This document shows positions 26,074 through 34,765 of a stretch of DNA of 37,914 bases, one piece after another; within the stretch, counting starts at the first letter, position 1; each line of letters opens with the position of its first letter. Made by a program: the position numbers and the translations under genes. This DNA comes from Armatimonadota bacterium (lineage in GTDB: Bacteria; Armatimonadota; Hebobacteria; CAIYQO01), in the NCBI GenBank assembly GCA_038215455.1, contig JBBQQW010000003.1, forward strand, positions 1 through 37,914, read 5' to 3'. The notes beneath the pieces were generated by a model. That model worked only from the letters and a program-made list of their open reading frames with translations. It did no database searches and had not been told where the DNA came from.

Positions 26074-26153
26074 GCGTTTGCCTTGGTCTACCAAACCCCA
26101 TCCCCCTCCCGGTGCCATTCGGCAATATCATGATCTATGACGGGGAGGGGGGG
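26074..26153. repeat. Single-arm copy of the 14787-14923 repeat family
   Basis: GCGTTTGCCTTGGTCTACCAAACCCC is the near reverse complement of GGGGTTAGGTAGACCAAGGCTAACGC at ~14908-14933. It is followed by a CCCCCTCCC...GGGAGGGGG hairpin. Confidence 0.7.
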
Positions 26154-26237
26154 TGATGATCGTTTTTCAACATAACGGCTTTGGAGTAATTGCCCTGAAA
26201 TGGCAACGGATGTTAGACCCATCCCTTCACTTCCTGG

Positions 26238-29200
26238 CTAGCGCAACCGCAGCGTGATAATCTCAAAGGGGCGATAGCTGAGGGCTACTTTGCCATCCAC
26301 TACTGCCAGCTCCTGCTGCGCGTTTTCTATGAGATTCGTCTGGGTGACGCGGGTGATGCCCAGGCCGGCGACGTCCAGCAGCGCGCTGCCCCGGCTGCGT
26401 TTCGCTTCATACAGGCGGACGATGATGCCGTCGCCGTCTTCGGCAGCCTTCACTGCCTCGATGATCAGATTGTCGCGGTCCACGCTCAGGTAGCTATGCG
26501 TGCCGGGTTTGCTCCCCGTCTGCACCGGTAGCTGCGTGGCCAGCAGCGGGACGTTCAGCGCATATGCAGCACTGATAACCTCGCTGGAGGTGACATCCCC
26601 GCTGTGGGGCAGCAGGCTGTAGGTGAAGTGGTGCATCCCCATGTCGGCGATCTCATCTGGGGATTTCGTGGCGCGCAGCAACGTCAGGCGCATGACATTA
26701 TCGTGGATGTCGTGCCCGTATTTGCCATTATTCAGCAATGCCACGCCGTAGTCACTCTCGGAGAGGTCTACCCACTTCTGCGCCGGTACCTCGAAGCGGG
26801 CCACATCCCACGAGGTATTGCGGTGGGTGGGGCGTTCCACATGGCCATATTGGATCTCAAAGGTGGCGTGCCCGGCGTATACATTCACCGGGAAGGCGAC
26901 CTTGAGCAGCTTCTTCTCTTCCTGCCAGTCGATATTGGTCTCGAAATCCACCTGCCGGCTGCCCGCATTGAGGCGGATATACTGCACTAGCGTGGCCTTT
27001 TCTGTCAGCTTACGTTCCACCTTGATGCTGGCGCGCAGCGGCCCGGCTTCCACCACTGTGAGAGTTGCTTTCGCCGTGATGACGAGGGGCGTCTCCTCAT
27101 AAAACAGGTCGATGTCCCAGGCCTGGTGATGGTTCGGGCGGTCATCGAAGAGCTGGAAGTCGTTACCTGTCTGCGCCAGCACTTCGCGCTCCGCTACCTT
27201 GTCATAGCAGGAGAGCAGCGCACCGTTCTCGTCCAGCGTCACCCGCAACAGCTCGTTCTCCAGCACATTGCCCGTCGCTGTCACCACGGTGGACACCGGC
27301 ACCACCGCCGCCACATCCAGCACCGTGTAGCCCAGCGAGGGCACGGTAGGCACCGGCAACAGCAGCTCGTCGGCAGCCGTCAGCTGGGTGCCCGCCGGGG
27401 CAGCGCCCGCCCACGGCAGCGACACTAGCCCATTGCGCGCGCCAGAGAGAGTATTCCACACCAATACCGGAGTCTCGGTGCCCGATGTGTCAATCGTCGC
27501 CTGGAAGGGCACGACTGCGGCATCCACAGCACCCTGCGCCAGCGCGTGGACGCGGGCGTAGTCTTTATCCGAGTCCTCATACACCCAGTGGATAGATGAA
27601 CCGGGGATGATATCGTGGAACTGGTTGAGCAGCACCAGTTTCCATGCTTCATCCAGTTGCGCTGCCGGGTATTCGCCTCCGGTCACTACGGCCAGGAACT
27701 CAGCATCACGCAGATGGTACTCACAACGGCGGTTCTCCCATTTGTTTTTCGCCTGCGTGGTATAGGTGCCGCGGTGCAGCTCCAGGTACAGCTCGCCTAC
27801 CCAGGTACGCAGGTCGCGCGCCTCCGCCTCCATTTGCGGGTACCAATCACGGGCGAAGCCCGGCTCCACATGGGGCACACCCTCCAGATTGGCCATGCGC
27901 CGCTGCATCTCCAGCATCTTCTTGGTGACGCCGCCACCACCATCGCCAAACCCATAAGAATAGAGGTAGGTGTTGCTTCGGTCCTTATCCTTGAAGTTGC
28001 TCTCGGCGTAGATCAGCTGTTCCGGCTCCATATTGCTGTTGTAGGTATCCGCGGGGAGGAAGTGCGTGAGCACCTCCGTGCCATCAATACCGCGCCACTG
28101 GAAGGTGTGGTGCGGGAATTTATTCAGCTGGTTCCAGCTGATCTTCTGCGTCATGAAGTACGGTATCTCGCACCCCTGCAGAATCTGCGGCAGCGCTGCA
28201 GAGTAGCCGAAGACGTCGGGGAGCCAGAGGATATTGTTGGTTACACCGAACTCTTCGCGGAAGAACTTCAGCCCGTGGACGAACTGCCGCACCAGCGATT
28301 CACCCGAGGTGATATTGCAATCCGCCTCCACCCACATCCCGCCCTGCGGCTCCCAGCGTCCTTCCGCCACCGCCTGCTTGATACGCTCGTACAATGCGGG
28401 GTAGTTCTCTTTGACATAGGCGTAAAGTTGGGGCTGACTCTGCGTGAAGCGGTATTCCGGGTAGCTCTCCATATATTTCAACACGGTGGAGAAGGTGCGC
28501 GAGCATTTGCGTTTGGTCTCCCGGATAGGCCACAGCCATGCGGTGTCGATATGCGAATGTCCGCAAGCACAGACACGAGATGCTGAGGACACTGCCGGCC
28601 TGCCCAACTCCTCTTGCAAAATCTGACGCGTAGCTGCGACGCTACCTTCGCCACCGATGCGATAGCTGTTGACCGCTTTATTTAGCACGAAAAGCAGGTT
28701 AGCGCGGCGGTTGGACTCCTCCGGGAGTTTTTTCGCCATATCGAAAAGCACGTGCATATCATGGTACAGGTCCCAAATCTCCTGGTCAAAACGCCCTATT
28801 TCCGCCTGCTTGAGCGTGAAACTGGTATCTACCCCGCGCATACCGAAGAGATCATTCCCGGCAGCTTCGATGTACAGATCAACTGCCCCTGCGCCATCCG
28901 CACACGGCGTCAGCATAAAGTCGTTGCGGTTGCAGTCCAGCCCCTGCGCCGGTGCCGCGTGCTGCCAGATCAGCGCCTCGGAGGAGGTGTCCATCAACAA
29001 CGACACCGTGGATCCCGCCCACGCTGCCGGGTACTCGCCGGTGACGTGGAACCAGGCGGTGGACCACACCGGCCCCCACGGGCAACCGAGCTGCACAGGT
29101 GTGTATTCCTGTTGTACTGCCTCGGCGTAGGAGATCGGCTCCGCACACTGATAGATTGACACCGTCAGCGGGAGGCGCTCCGGCCAAAAAGAGGAGCTTA

Positions 29201-29255
29201 ATTCTTTGATGAAGGAATCGATGCGCTTGAGGGTTATCTGTGGATGTTTTTCCAT
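26238..29255 (-). CDS. GH38 alpha-mannosidase (cytosolic 2C-like)
   Basis: GHSHIDTAWLWP, GGMWVEAD, WLPDVFGYS, GFGDGGGG, GELYLELHRGTYT, LLNQFHDIIPGSSI, FEVPAQKW, PFEIITL. Confidence 0.95.
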   Translation of the reverse strand: MEKHPQITLKRIDSFIKELSSSFWPERLPLTVSIYQCAEPISYAEAVQQEYTPVQLGCPWGPVWSTAWFHVTGEYPAAWAGSTVSLLMDTSSEALIWQHAAPAQGLDCNRNDFMLTPCADGAGAVDLYIEAAGNDLFGMRGVDTSFTLKQAEIGRFDQEIWDLYHDMHVLFDMAKKLPEESNRRANLLFVLNKAVNSYRIGGEGSVAATRQILQEELGRPAVSSASRVCACGHSHIDTAWLWPIRETKRKCSRTFSTVLKYMESYPEYRFTQSQPQLYAYVKENYPALYERIKQAVAEGRWEPQGGMWVEADCNITSGESLVRQFVHGLKFFREEFGVTNNILWLPDVFGYSAALPQILQGCEIPYFMTQKISWNQLNKFPHHTFQWRGIDGTEVLTHFLPADTYNSNMEPEQLIYAESNFKDKDRSNTYLYSYGFGDGGGGVTKKMLEMQRRMANLEGVPHVEPGFARDWYPQMEAEARDLRTWVGELYLELHRGTYTTQAKNKWENRRCEYHLRDAEFLAVVTGGEYPAAQLDEAWKLVLLNQFHDIIPGSSIHWVYEDSDKDYARVHALAQGAVDAAVVPFQATIDTSGTETPVLVWNTLSGARNGLVSLPWAGAAPAGTQLTAADELLLPVPTVPSLGYTVLDVAAVVPVSTVVTATGNVLENELLRVTLDENGALLSCYDKVAEREVLAQTGNDFQLFDDRPNHHQAWDIDLFYEETPLVITAKATLTVVEAGPLRASIKVERKLTEKATLVQYIRLNAGSRQVDFETNIDWQEEKKLLKVAFPVNVYAGHATFEIQYGHVERPTHRNTSWDVARFEVPAQKWVDLSESDYGVALLNNGKYGHDIHDNVMRLTLLRATKSPDEIADMGMHHFTYSLLPHSGDVTSSEVISAAYALNVPLLATQLPVQTGSKPGTHSYLSVDRDNLIIEAVKAAEDGDGIIVRLYEAKRSRGSALLDVAGLGITRVTQTNLIENAQQELAVVDGKVALSYRPFEIITLRLR

Positions 29256-29270
29256 TTTCCTGACCTTATC

Positions 29271-29393
29271 AATAAAATAGACCCGACATTCGAAGTCGCG
29301 TCCCTTACCTTATTTCCTGTTGAGGTGATATTCCCTGCAAGAACAGAGAAGAAATTCGCATTTTGTTCACCACTCAACGATCTGGTCGGGCCT
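29271..29393 (-). promoter_or_regulatory. Candidate structured 5' leader (terminator/antiterminator) of the GH38 gene
   Basis: Nested stems with G-U pairs favouring the minus strand, plus two mutually exclusive pairings of GTCGGGTCT followed by ATTTTATT. See findings. Confidence 0.45.
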
Positions 29394-29434
29394 GCCACGC
29401 GCAAAATCTGCTATCATATGGCTGAGGAATGGAT

Positions 29435-30568
29435 ATGACGGTACGTATAGCACAGGTAGTGGAGGCGACGACGGGCGGAGTGGCACGGCAGGTGCTGGAC
29501 CTGGTGAATGGTCTGCGGCATGACGAATTTGAGCAGCTGCTCTACGTTTCGCTGCAGCGCCCGGAGAGCTGGAAGAGCAGCTTCACCGCGCTGCGCGAAC
29601 GAGGATTCACCGTACGGGAACTGGACATGACGCGCACCCCCAACGGCGCGGCGTCGCGACAGCTGGCGAGCTGGGCCGCGCAGGATGGCATCGATCTGCT
29701 GCACCTGCACAGCGCCAAAGCGGGCTATCTGGGGCGTGCTATCCCCATGCCCTGCCCGGTTGTCTACACCCCACACGCCTTCCCCTTTCAGCGTATCGGC
29801 GACTGGCGCGTGCCCTGCTACCGGATGAGTGAAGTGTGGCAGGCAAAGCGTGCCGAGGTAATCGTCTGCGTCTCCGAGGGCGAACGCGAGGAGGCGAACC
29901 GCGTCCACATCCCCTGGGAGAAGCTGAAGGTTATCAACAACGGCATCGATACTGAATACTGGCGTCCGCCCGATGCCGACGAAATGGCGCAGGCACGTCG
30001 CACCGCCGGGCTGACAGATGATGATGTGGCGATAGGCTTTATGGGCCGACTGGTACCGCAGAAGGGCGTGGATCTGCTGCTGGAAGCGATGGAAGAGTGT
30101 ACCGGCGACTTCCCGCAGGCGCGGCTGTGCATCTGGGGCGACGGCCCGCTGCGTCGTCCGCTGCTGCGCATGGCGCGCCGCCTGGGGGTGAAGCACGCGC
30201 TTTTCTATGGCGAACCGGAAGATGTGCGCCAGGCCTACTGGTCGATGGATATCTGCGTGCTGCCCAGCCGCTGGGAGGCGGGGCCGTACACGGTGCTGGA
30301 GGCGATGGCCACCGGCCTGCCGCTGGTGGTGAGCGACGTGCCCGGCAACCGCGACTATATGATCCACGGCACCACCGGCAGCGTGGTCGAGACCGACATG
30401 CTGGGCGTCTTCGACACCACGCTGCGCCGCTACCTGAACGACCCCGAGCTACGCCAGCGCCAGGGCACCGCCGCGCGCCAGCACGTACAAAGCCACTACA
30501 CCCGCAGCGACATGCTGCTGGAATATCGGGCGTTGTACCGGGGAGTGGCCGCATCAAGGGAAATATAA
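29435..30568 (+). CDS. GT4 (GT-B) glycosyltransferase
   Basis: GGVARQV, HLHSAKAGYLGR, VYTPH, VINNGID, GRLVPQKG, LPSRWEAGPYTVLEAMATGLPLVVSDVPG. Confidence 0.93.
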   Translation: MTVRIAQVVEATTGGVARQVLDLVNGLRHDEFEQLLYVSLQRPESWKSSFTALRERGFTVRELDMTRTPNGAASRQLASWAAQDGIDLLHLHSAKAGYLGRAIPMPCPVVYTPHAFPFQRIGDWRVPCYRMSEVWQAKRAEVIVCVSEGEREEANRVHIPWEKLKVINNGIDTEYWRPPDADEMAQARRTAGLTDDDVAIGFMGRLVPQKGVDLLLEAMEECTGDFPQARLCIWGDGPLRRPLLRMARRLGVKHALFYGEPEDVRQAYWSMDICVLPSRWEAGPYTVLEAMATGLPLVVSDVPGNRDYMIHGTTGSVVETDMLGVFDTTLRRYLNDPELRQRQGTAARQHVQSHYTRSDMLLEYRALYRGVAASREI

Positions 30569-31183
30569 ACGGTTTAACCATGACACGAATACTTCGACCT
30601 GTGGAACATCGGCGTCCAGGTATCGTGCTGTAATAGCTTGCCCCATTGGTTTGCCCGGTTCTTCTTGCCATGCCAGCCAGGTATGAATCAAGGCTTTGGG
30701 TTTCGATAATTCACTTAATTGCAATTCGCTGGTGGGTATTGCTGCGATACTAGCCTCGACATGGGCAAACAAGGGCGAGCCGGCAGGCACCAGGAAGCGT
30801 AAGAAATCCTCCAGAATCCCTTTGGTCTGGTTGTCGGGCATAATCCAGATACCCACACGCGGCAATAACGAATCTGGTGGTGGGGTGATGATTGTTCCGT
30901 CTGGCGATGGGTTCTCCGGTAATTGCTGATATCCAACCTTCACCAGCCGATCCCGAATGGATATCCAACGCGCCTCCAGGTCAGTGTCCGCATCAATCAC
31001 AATTCCTACGATATCGCCATCTTCACCTGCTTTCAAACGAACAGGGATATCCTCAAGCAATTTCTCAACACTATCGAGCTGGATGACCTTGTCTATACTT
31101 GGAACCTTCTTAACTTCACAAATATTACTAATAACGTGTAAATCATCTTTTCCCTCAACTAGCAGAATCCTTTTCCTACTCAT
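30554..31183 (-). CDS. DUF3226-like TOPRIM-fold putative nuclease
   Basis: LLVEGKDD, GIVIDADTD, GIWIMPDN...GILEDFL, KALIHTWLAWQEEPG. Starts 1 nt after the ATPase stop. Confidence 0.75.
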   Translation of the reverse strand: MSRKRILLVEGKDDLHVISNICEVKKVPSIDKVIQLDSVEKLLEDIPVRLKAGEDGDIVGIVIDADTDLEARWISIRDRLVKVGYQQLPENPSPDGTIITPPPDSLLPRVGIWIMPDNQTKGILEDFLRFLVPAGSPLFAHVEASIAAIPTSELQLSELSKPKALIHTWLAWQEEPGKPMGQAITARYLDADVPQVEVFVSWLNRLYFP

Positions 31184-31184
31184 A

Positions 31185-32282
31185 TCAGCGCACCTCGATG
31201 TGATCGCGGGTTACGATGGCCAGTTCATCTTCGCGGAAGACCGTCGGGATGATCTCTTCTCCGCGTCGTGTCAAACGGATCAATACACCTTCGTCCTCAA
31301 CCTCACTCGCCGCCTGCTGAAAGGCTTCGATAGCATCCCAGCTATGCGAGGTTGCTACCACCTGGATATCGAGACGATTGGCCAACTTGAAGATAACACG
31401 CCATACATCGACTTGAACGGAGTAGTGCAGGCCATTTTCAAATTCATCAATCAAGAGCAGGCCATCTTTGGAGTTTACCAATGAAAGTATGATACCGAAA
31501 AGGCGGTTGAGGCCATCGCCAAAAGACCGTAGTGAGACAGGGTCATAGATATTACTAACCCTCACAATTGCTTTGCGTGTTTTCTGCGACCCTTCTGCCC
31601 CGACCATGGATACTGCCTGTATTTGCGGATCAATTATTCGCAAAGCATCAACAACATCATTCTCATTGTCTGTAAGAGCTATTTTATCCCATAAATATCC
31701 TAAAGTTCGCGTAAACTCGCCCCCAAATGGACTAACGAATTGACATGGAATCAGTTGATTATCCGCATAATCAGGACGAAAAGAGCCTATCCGCCGATAT
31801 CCGTTAGATGTTAGTGACAATATTCTACTCTTACCCTCAGTTTTAATAACGAGCCCTGGTGCCCCTTCCTCCTCTTCACCAAATAACCCCTGCTGTTTCT
31901 TTAACACTCTTCTCAGACCGGTTTCATCCCTTTCTTCAACATACCAGCCCGCCCCAATAGAAATATTCATTGCACGTTGACCGGTAGAGATAATTAGGAT
32001 AGGGTTGATGCTTGCTGAAAACTGTGGGAATCCTAGAAATAAGCTCGAAAACCGAAAAAAACTTTCCATAGATTCATCCGCGTCTTCTTCTCTGAAACGC
32101 AGAATGTCACTTATAACATAGGGCGATGCTTCCGATGCTAATATTCGAATTGCTTCCAATACCGATGATTTACCGGTGTTGTTCTTACCTGTGATGAGGT
32201 TAACCCGCCCCATTCCTTCAATCTTCAGGTCTTTAAGCGAACGGAAACGCTGTATAGCCAGTGAACTGATTTTTGGTTCCAT
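31185..32282 (-). CDS. ABC-type (AAA_15/AAA_21) ATPase
   Basis: RFRSL, Walker A GKNNTGKS, signature-like SFGDG, Walker B LLLIDEFENGLH, H-loop ATSHS. No membrane partner. AT-rich. Confidence 0.88.
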   Translation of the reverse strand: MEPKISSLAIQRFRSLKDLKIEGMGRVNLITGKNNTGKSSVLEAIRILASEASPYVISDILRFREEDADESMESFFRFSSLFLGFPQFSASINPILIISTGQRAMNISIGAGWYVEERDETGLRRVLKKQQGLFGEEEEGAPGLVIKTEGKSRILSLTSNGYRRIGSFRPDYADNQLIPCQFVSPFGGEFTRTLGYLWDKIALTDNENDVVDALRIIDPQIQAVSMVGAEGSQKTRKAIVRVSNIYDPVSLRSFGDGLNRLFGIILSLVNSKDGLLLIDEFENGLHYSVQVDVWRVIFKLANRLDIQVVATSHSWDAIEAFQQAASEVEDEGVLIRLTRRGEEIIPTVFREDELAIVTRDHIEVR

Positions 32283-32358
32283 AATCATTGTCCTCTATTT
32301 GTGTACATGCCATTATCACTCATATTATACACCAACAGTGATACAAACCGACAATAGT

Positions 32359-33135
32359 TTACAACTTCATCCCCCGTACTTCCACCCCCACAACCTTATC
32401 CCCCAGTAGCACCGGGGCGGTGACTGCGGGCAGGCTGTGCAGGACGTCTATGCGGCAGCAGAAGTTTACGTCGTCGCAATAGCCTATCTCGATCAGGTGT
32501 TGCGCGTGGAGGCTGTCATTGAAGATGGCGGGCATGCCTTTGCGTTGCAGTTGCTCTTCTTCGGCAACGAAGGCGTTTTGTGAGGCTTCATTGATAGGCA
32601 ATTCCAGCCGCTGGGCCAGGTAGGCGCAGACGGCGTCGTCCTCGGGGGAGATGAACTCCTCATCGGGGAATAGGCCGGCGGCGATGAGCACCACCGGCAA
32701 ATTATGCTCGATGGCGTAGGGGCGCACCCAGGCCACCAGCGCCCGGGCGTTGCAGATGGTGCCCACCAGCACGGTGTCCGCCCCGGTGCAGGCGGTGAGC
32801 CGCTGTGCGCCGTTGCTGCTGGTGAAGATGGCCACGGGGGCCAGCTCTTTGGCCGCTAGCGCCTCCAGCGGGCTGTTGCCCAGGTCAAAGCCGGGCAACT
32901 TCTCGCCCATGCGCTCGCCCACCAGCATCGCCCCCGGCACCTGCAATGCCAGCGCACGCGCGTCCGCCACCGCCCCCACCACCAGCACACGCTCGACTCC
33001 CCGATCCAGCAGCGTAGGCAGCGTAGCACTGGCGCGCAAGGCGTCCACCACAACGGCCACAGCACCCAACCGCGCCGCCAACTGGCACCCCGCAAGGCCG
33101 CGAGTGAGGTATATCTGTGATGATGATGTTGTCAT
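32359..33135 (-). CDS. comB: 2-phosphosulfolactate phosphatase family protein
   Basis: VVVDALRASAT, GERMGEKLPGFDLGNSP, TSSNGA, EDDAVCA. Confidence 0.85.
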   Translation of the reverse strand: MTTSSSQIYLTRGLAGCQLAARLGAVAVVVDALRASATLPTLLDRGVERVLVVGAVADARALALQVPGAMLVGERMGEKLPGFDLGNSPLEALAAKELAPVAIFTSSNGAQRLTACTGADTVLVGTICNARALVAWVRPYAIEHNLPVVLIAAGLFPDEEFISPEDDAVCAYLAQRLELPINEASQNAFVAEEEQLQRKGMPAIFNDSLHAQHLIEIGYCDDVNFCCRIDVLHSLPAVTAPVLLGDKVVGVEVRGMKL

Positions 33136-33155
33136 TATTAAGTCCTCTGGTTTTT

Positions 33156-33329
33156 TTGTCTTAGAACCTTGATTCGCATGATTAAAGGATTATAGTTGCA
33201 CTATTTGTCTACGCTGTTGGATGGCCTCGGTAGTAATGGTTTCCCTTCATTCAATAATGCGCTATCCAACAGTAGAGGCATTAACCTCCAGCTAATCCTC
33301 TAATCATGCGAATCAAGGTTCTAAGACAA
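33156..33329. repeat. 174-bp MITE/REPIN-like element with 37-bp inverted arms
   Basis: TTGTCTTAGAACCTTGATTCGCATGATTAAAGGATTA (33156-33192) versus TAATCCTCTAATCATGCGAATCAAGGTTCTAAGACAA (33293-33329), 1 mismatch. Confidence 0.88.
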
Positions 33330-33348
33330 CGGCCCACGCTCCCAGTGG

Positions 33349-34251
33349 CTATATCACCGCGATCATGCGCTCTATTGCACGGCGTGCTGCTCCGGCTATG
33401 TCGTCGGGGACGGTGATCTCTGTCTGCATATCCTGCAGCGACCAGAGCACCTTCTCCAGCGTGGTCTTCTTCATATTGGGACATGTGGCCATGGGGCCGA
33501 TGTGGATGAAGGTTTTGTCCGGGTTCTCTTTGCGCAGGCGGTGCAGCATCCCCTCCTCGGTGCCGACGATGAAGGTGGTGGCGGCGCTCTCGCGCGCCAA
33601 GCGTACCATGCCGCCGGTGCTCACCACGTGGTCGGCCAGGTCGATGACGGCGGGGGCACACTCCGGGTGGACGATGACCTCGGCCCCCGGGTGAGCGGCA
33701 CGCGCGGCGATTATATGCTCGGGCAATATGCGGTTGTGCGTGGGGCAGAAGCCGGGCCAGAGGATGAGCTTTGTCGTGGTGAACCGCTGCACCCAGGCAC
33801 CAAGGCAGCGATCGGGCACGAAGATCACCTCCGGCGCGCCCAGACTCTCCACCACTTTGAGGGCGTTGGCGCTGGTGCAGGTGATGTCGCTCTCCGCCTT
33901 CACCGCCGCCGAGGTGTTGACGTAGCAGCAGACCGGCACGCCCGGATGCTCCGCCTTCAGTGCGCGCAGGCGCTCGGGCGTCACCATGTCAGCCATCGGG
34001 CAGCCGGCATCAGCGGCGGGCAGCAGCACGATCTTCCCCGGCGAGAGCAGCTTGGCCGTCTCCGCCATAAAGTCCACACTGCAGAAGACGATAACATCCG
34101 GCGCGGTGAGCTGGGATGCCTTGATGCTCAACTCCAGCGAATCGCCCACATAGTCGGCGATATCCTGCACCTCGGGGTTCTGGTAGTTATGTGCCAGAAT
34201 CACGGCGTTCCGCTCCACGCGCAGCCGGTTAATCTCTTCGATGATGTTCAT
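33349..34251 (-). CDS. nadA: Quinolinate synthase A
   Basis: ILAHNYQ, GDSLELS, FMAETAK, GCPMA, YVNTSA, CTSAN, PDRCLG, CPTH, VHPEC, STGGM, GTEEG, CPNMK. Confidence 0.96.
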   Translation of the reverse strand: MNIIEEINRLRVERNAVILAHNYQNPEVQDIADYVGDSLELSIKASQLTAPDVIVFCSVDFMAETAKLLSPGKIVLLPAADAGCPMADMVTPERLRALKAEHPGVPVCCYVNTSAAVKAESDITCTSANALKVVESLGAPEVIFVPDRCLGAWVQRFTTTKLILWPGFCPTHNRILPEHIIAARAAHPGAEVIVHPECAPAVIDLADHVVSTGGMVRLARESAATTFIVGTEEGMLHRLRKENPDKTFIHIGPMATCPNMKKTTLEKVLWSLQDMQTEITVPDDIAGAARRAIERMIAVI

Positions 34252-34276
34252 CTATTTCACTCTTCTTATTCCAATT

Positions 34277-34321
34277 TACATGGATATACAGGATATCCTG
34301 TACATCCTGTATATCCATGTA
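34277..34321. repeat. Perfect 18-bp-arm palindrome between ppnP and nadA
   Basis: TACATGGATATACAGGAT-ATCCTGTAC-ATCCTGTATATCCATGTA. Confidence 0.8.
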
Positions 34322-34326
34322 TTTTC

Positions 34327-34641
34327 TCACGCAATATACGAGCAGCAATAATCCGTTACTTCCAGCACTTTCAGCTTGAAGCGGGAGTTGGCGGGGACGG
34401 TGAAGGACTCGCCGCCGGTGATGGTGCGCCAGGCTTTCTCGCCGGGGAGGAGTACTTCCAGCTCGCCGGCCATGATCTCCATGATCTCTTTGGTATCGGT
34501 GCCGAATTCATAGTCGCCGGGGAGCATGATGCCCAGCGTTTTCTTCTCGCCATCGGGGAAAATGACGGTGCGGCTGGTTACTTTGCCGTCGAAATAGATG
34601 TTGGCCGTCTTTACTACGGTTACGTCCTTAAACTGATTCAC
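34327..34641 (-). CDS. ppnP: Pyrimidine/purine nucleoside phosphorylase (YaiE/DUF1255)
   Basis: [27 protein letters not shown]...[23 protein letters not shown] start with GGAGG RBS. Confidence 0.92.
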   Translation of the reverse strand: MNQFKDVTVVKTANIYFDGKVTSRTVIFPDGEKKTLGIMLPGDYEFGTDTKEIMEIMAGELEVLLPGEKAWRTITGGESFTVPANSRFKLKVLEVTDYCCSYIA

Positions 34642-34699
34642 TTCTTTAACCCTCCATTTTCCACATAATACCATGCCGGGGCTATTCATTTCCATACGG

Positions 34700-34734
34700 C
34701 AGACGCCCTCCTCGACATGCAAGGAGGGCGTCTG
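34700..34734. terminator. 13-bp GC-rich hairpin downstream of oxidoreductase copy A (terminator or stabiliser)
   Basis: CAGACGCCCTCCT-N9-AGGAGGGCGTCTG. An 8-bp truncated version lies at 35956-35980. No U-tract on the minus strand. Confidence 0.5.
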
Positions 34735-34765
34735 TATCATTATTTCACCTAAACCGCGTTGTCTA

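Noticed and set aside
29296-29382. Resemblance to the glutamine (glnA) riboswitch (ATCGTT...GGAAATAAG...GGGACGC on the minus strand)
   Set aside because: There is no third stem or proper E-loop, and the context is not nitrogen metabolism. Kept only as an unassigned structured leader.
30554-32358. Bounded mobile element around the ATPase-TOPRIM pair
   Set aside because: No direct repeats, terminal inverted repeats, integrase or transposase were visible, so only a compositional anomaly is claimed.
34252-34326. NAD+ (nadA-motif) riboswitch upstream of nadA
   Set aside because: The 75-nt gap is occupied by a simple palindrome, and no aptamer-like junction is visible.
33502-34668. 388-aa plus-strand ORF, and similar long antisense ORFs at 6604-7419, 22613-23572, 27615-28586 and 29414-30367
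   Set aside because: They are shadows of well-supported genes on the opposite strand in GC-rich DNA, with no recognisable motifs.
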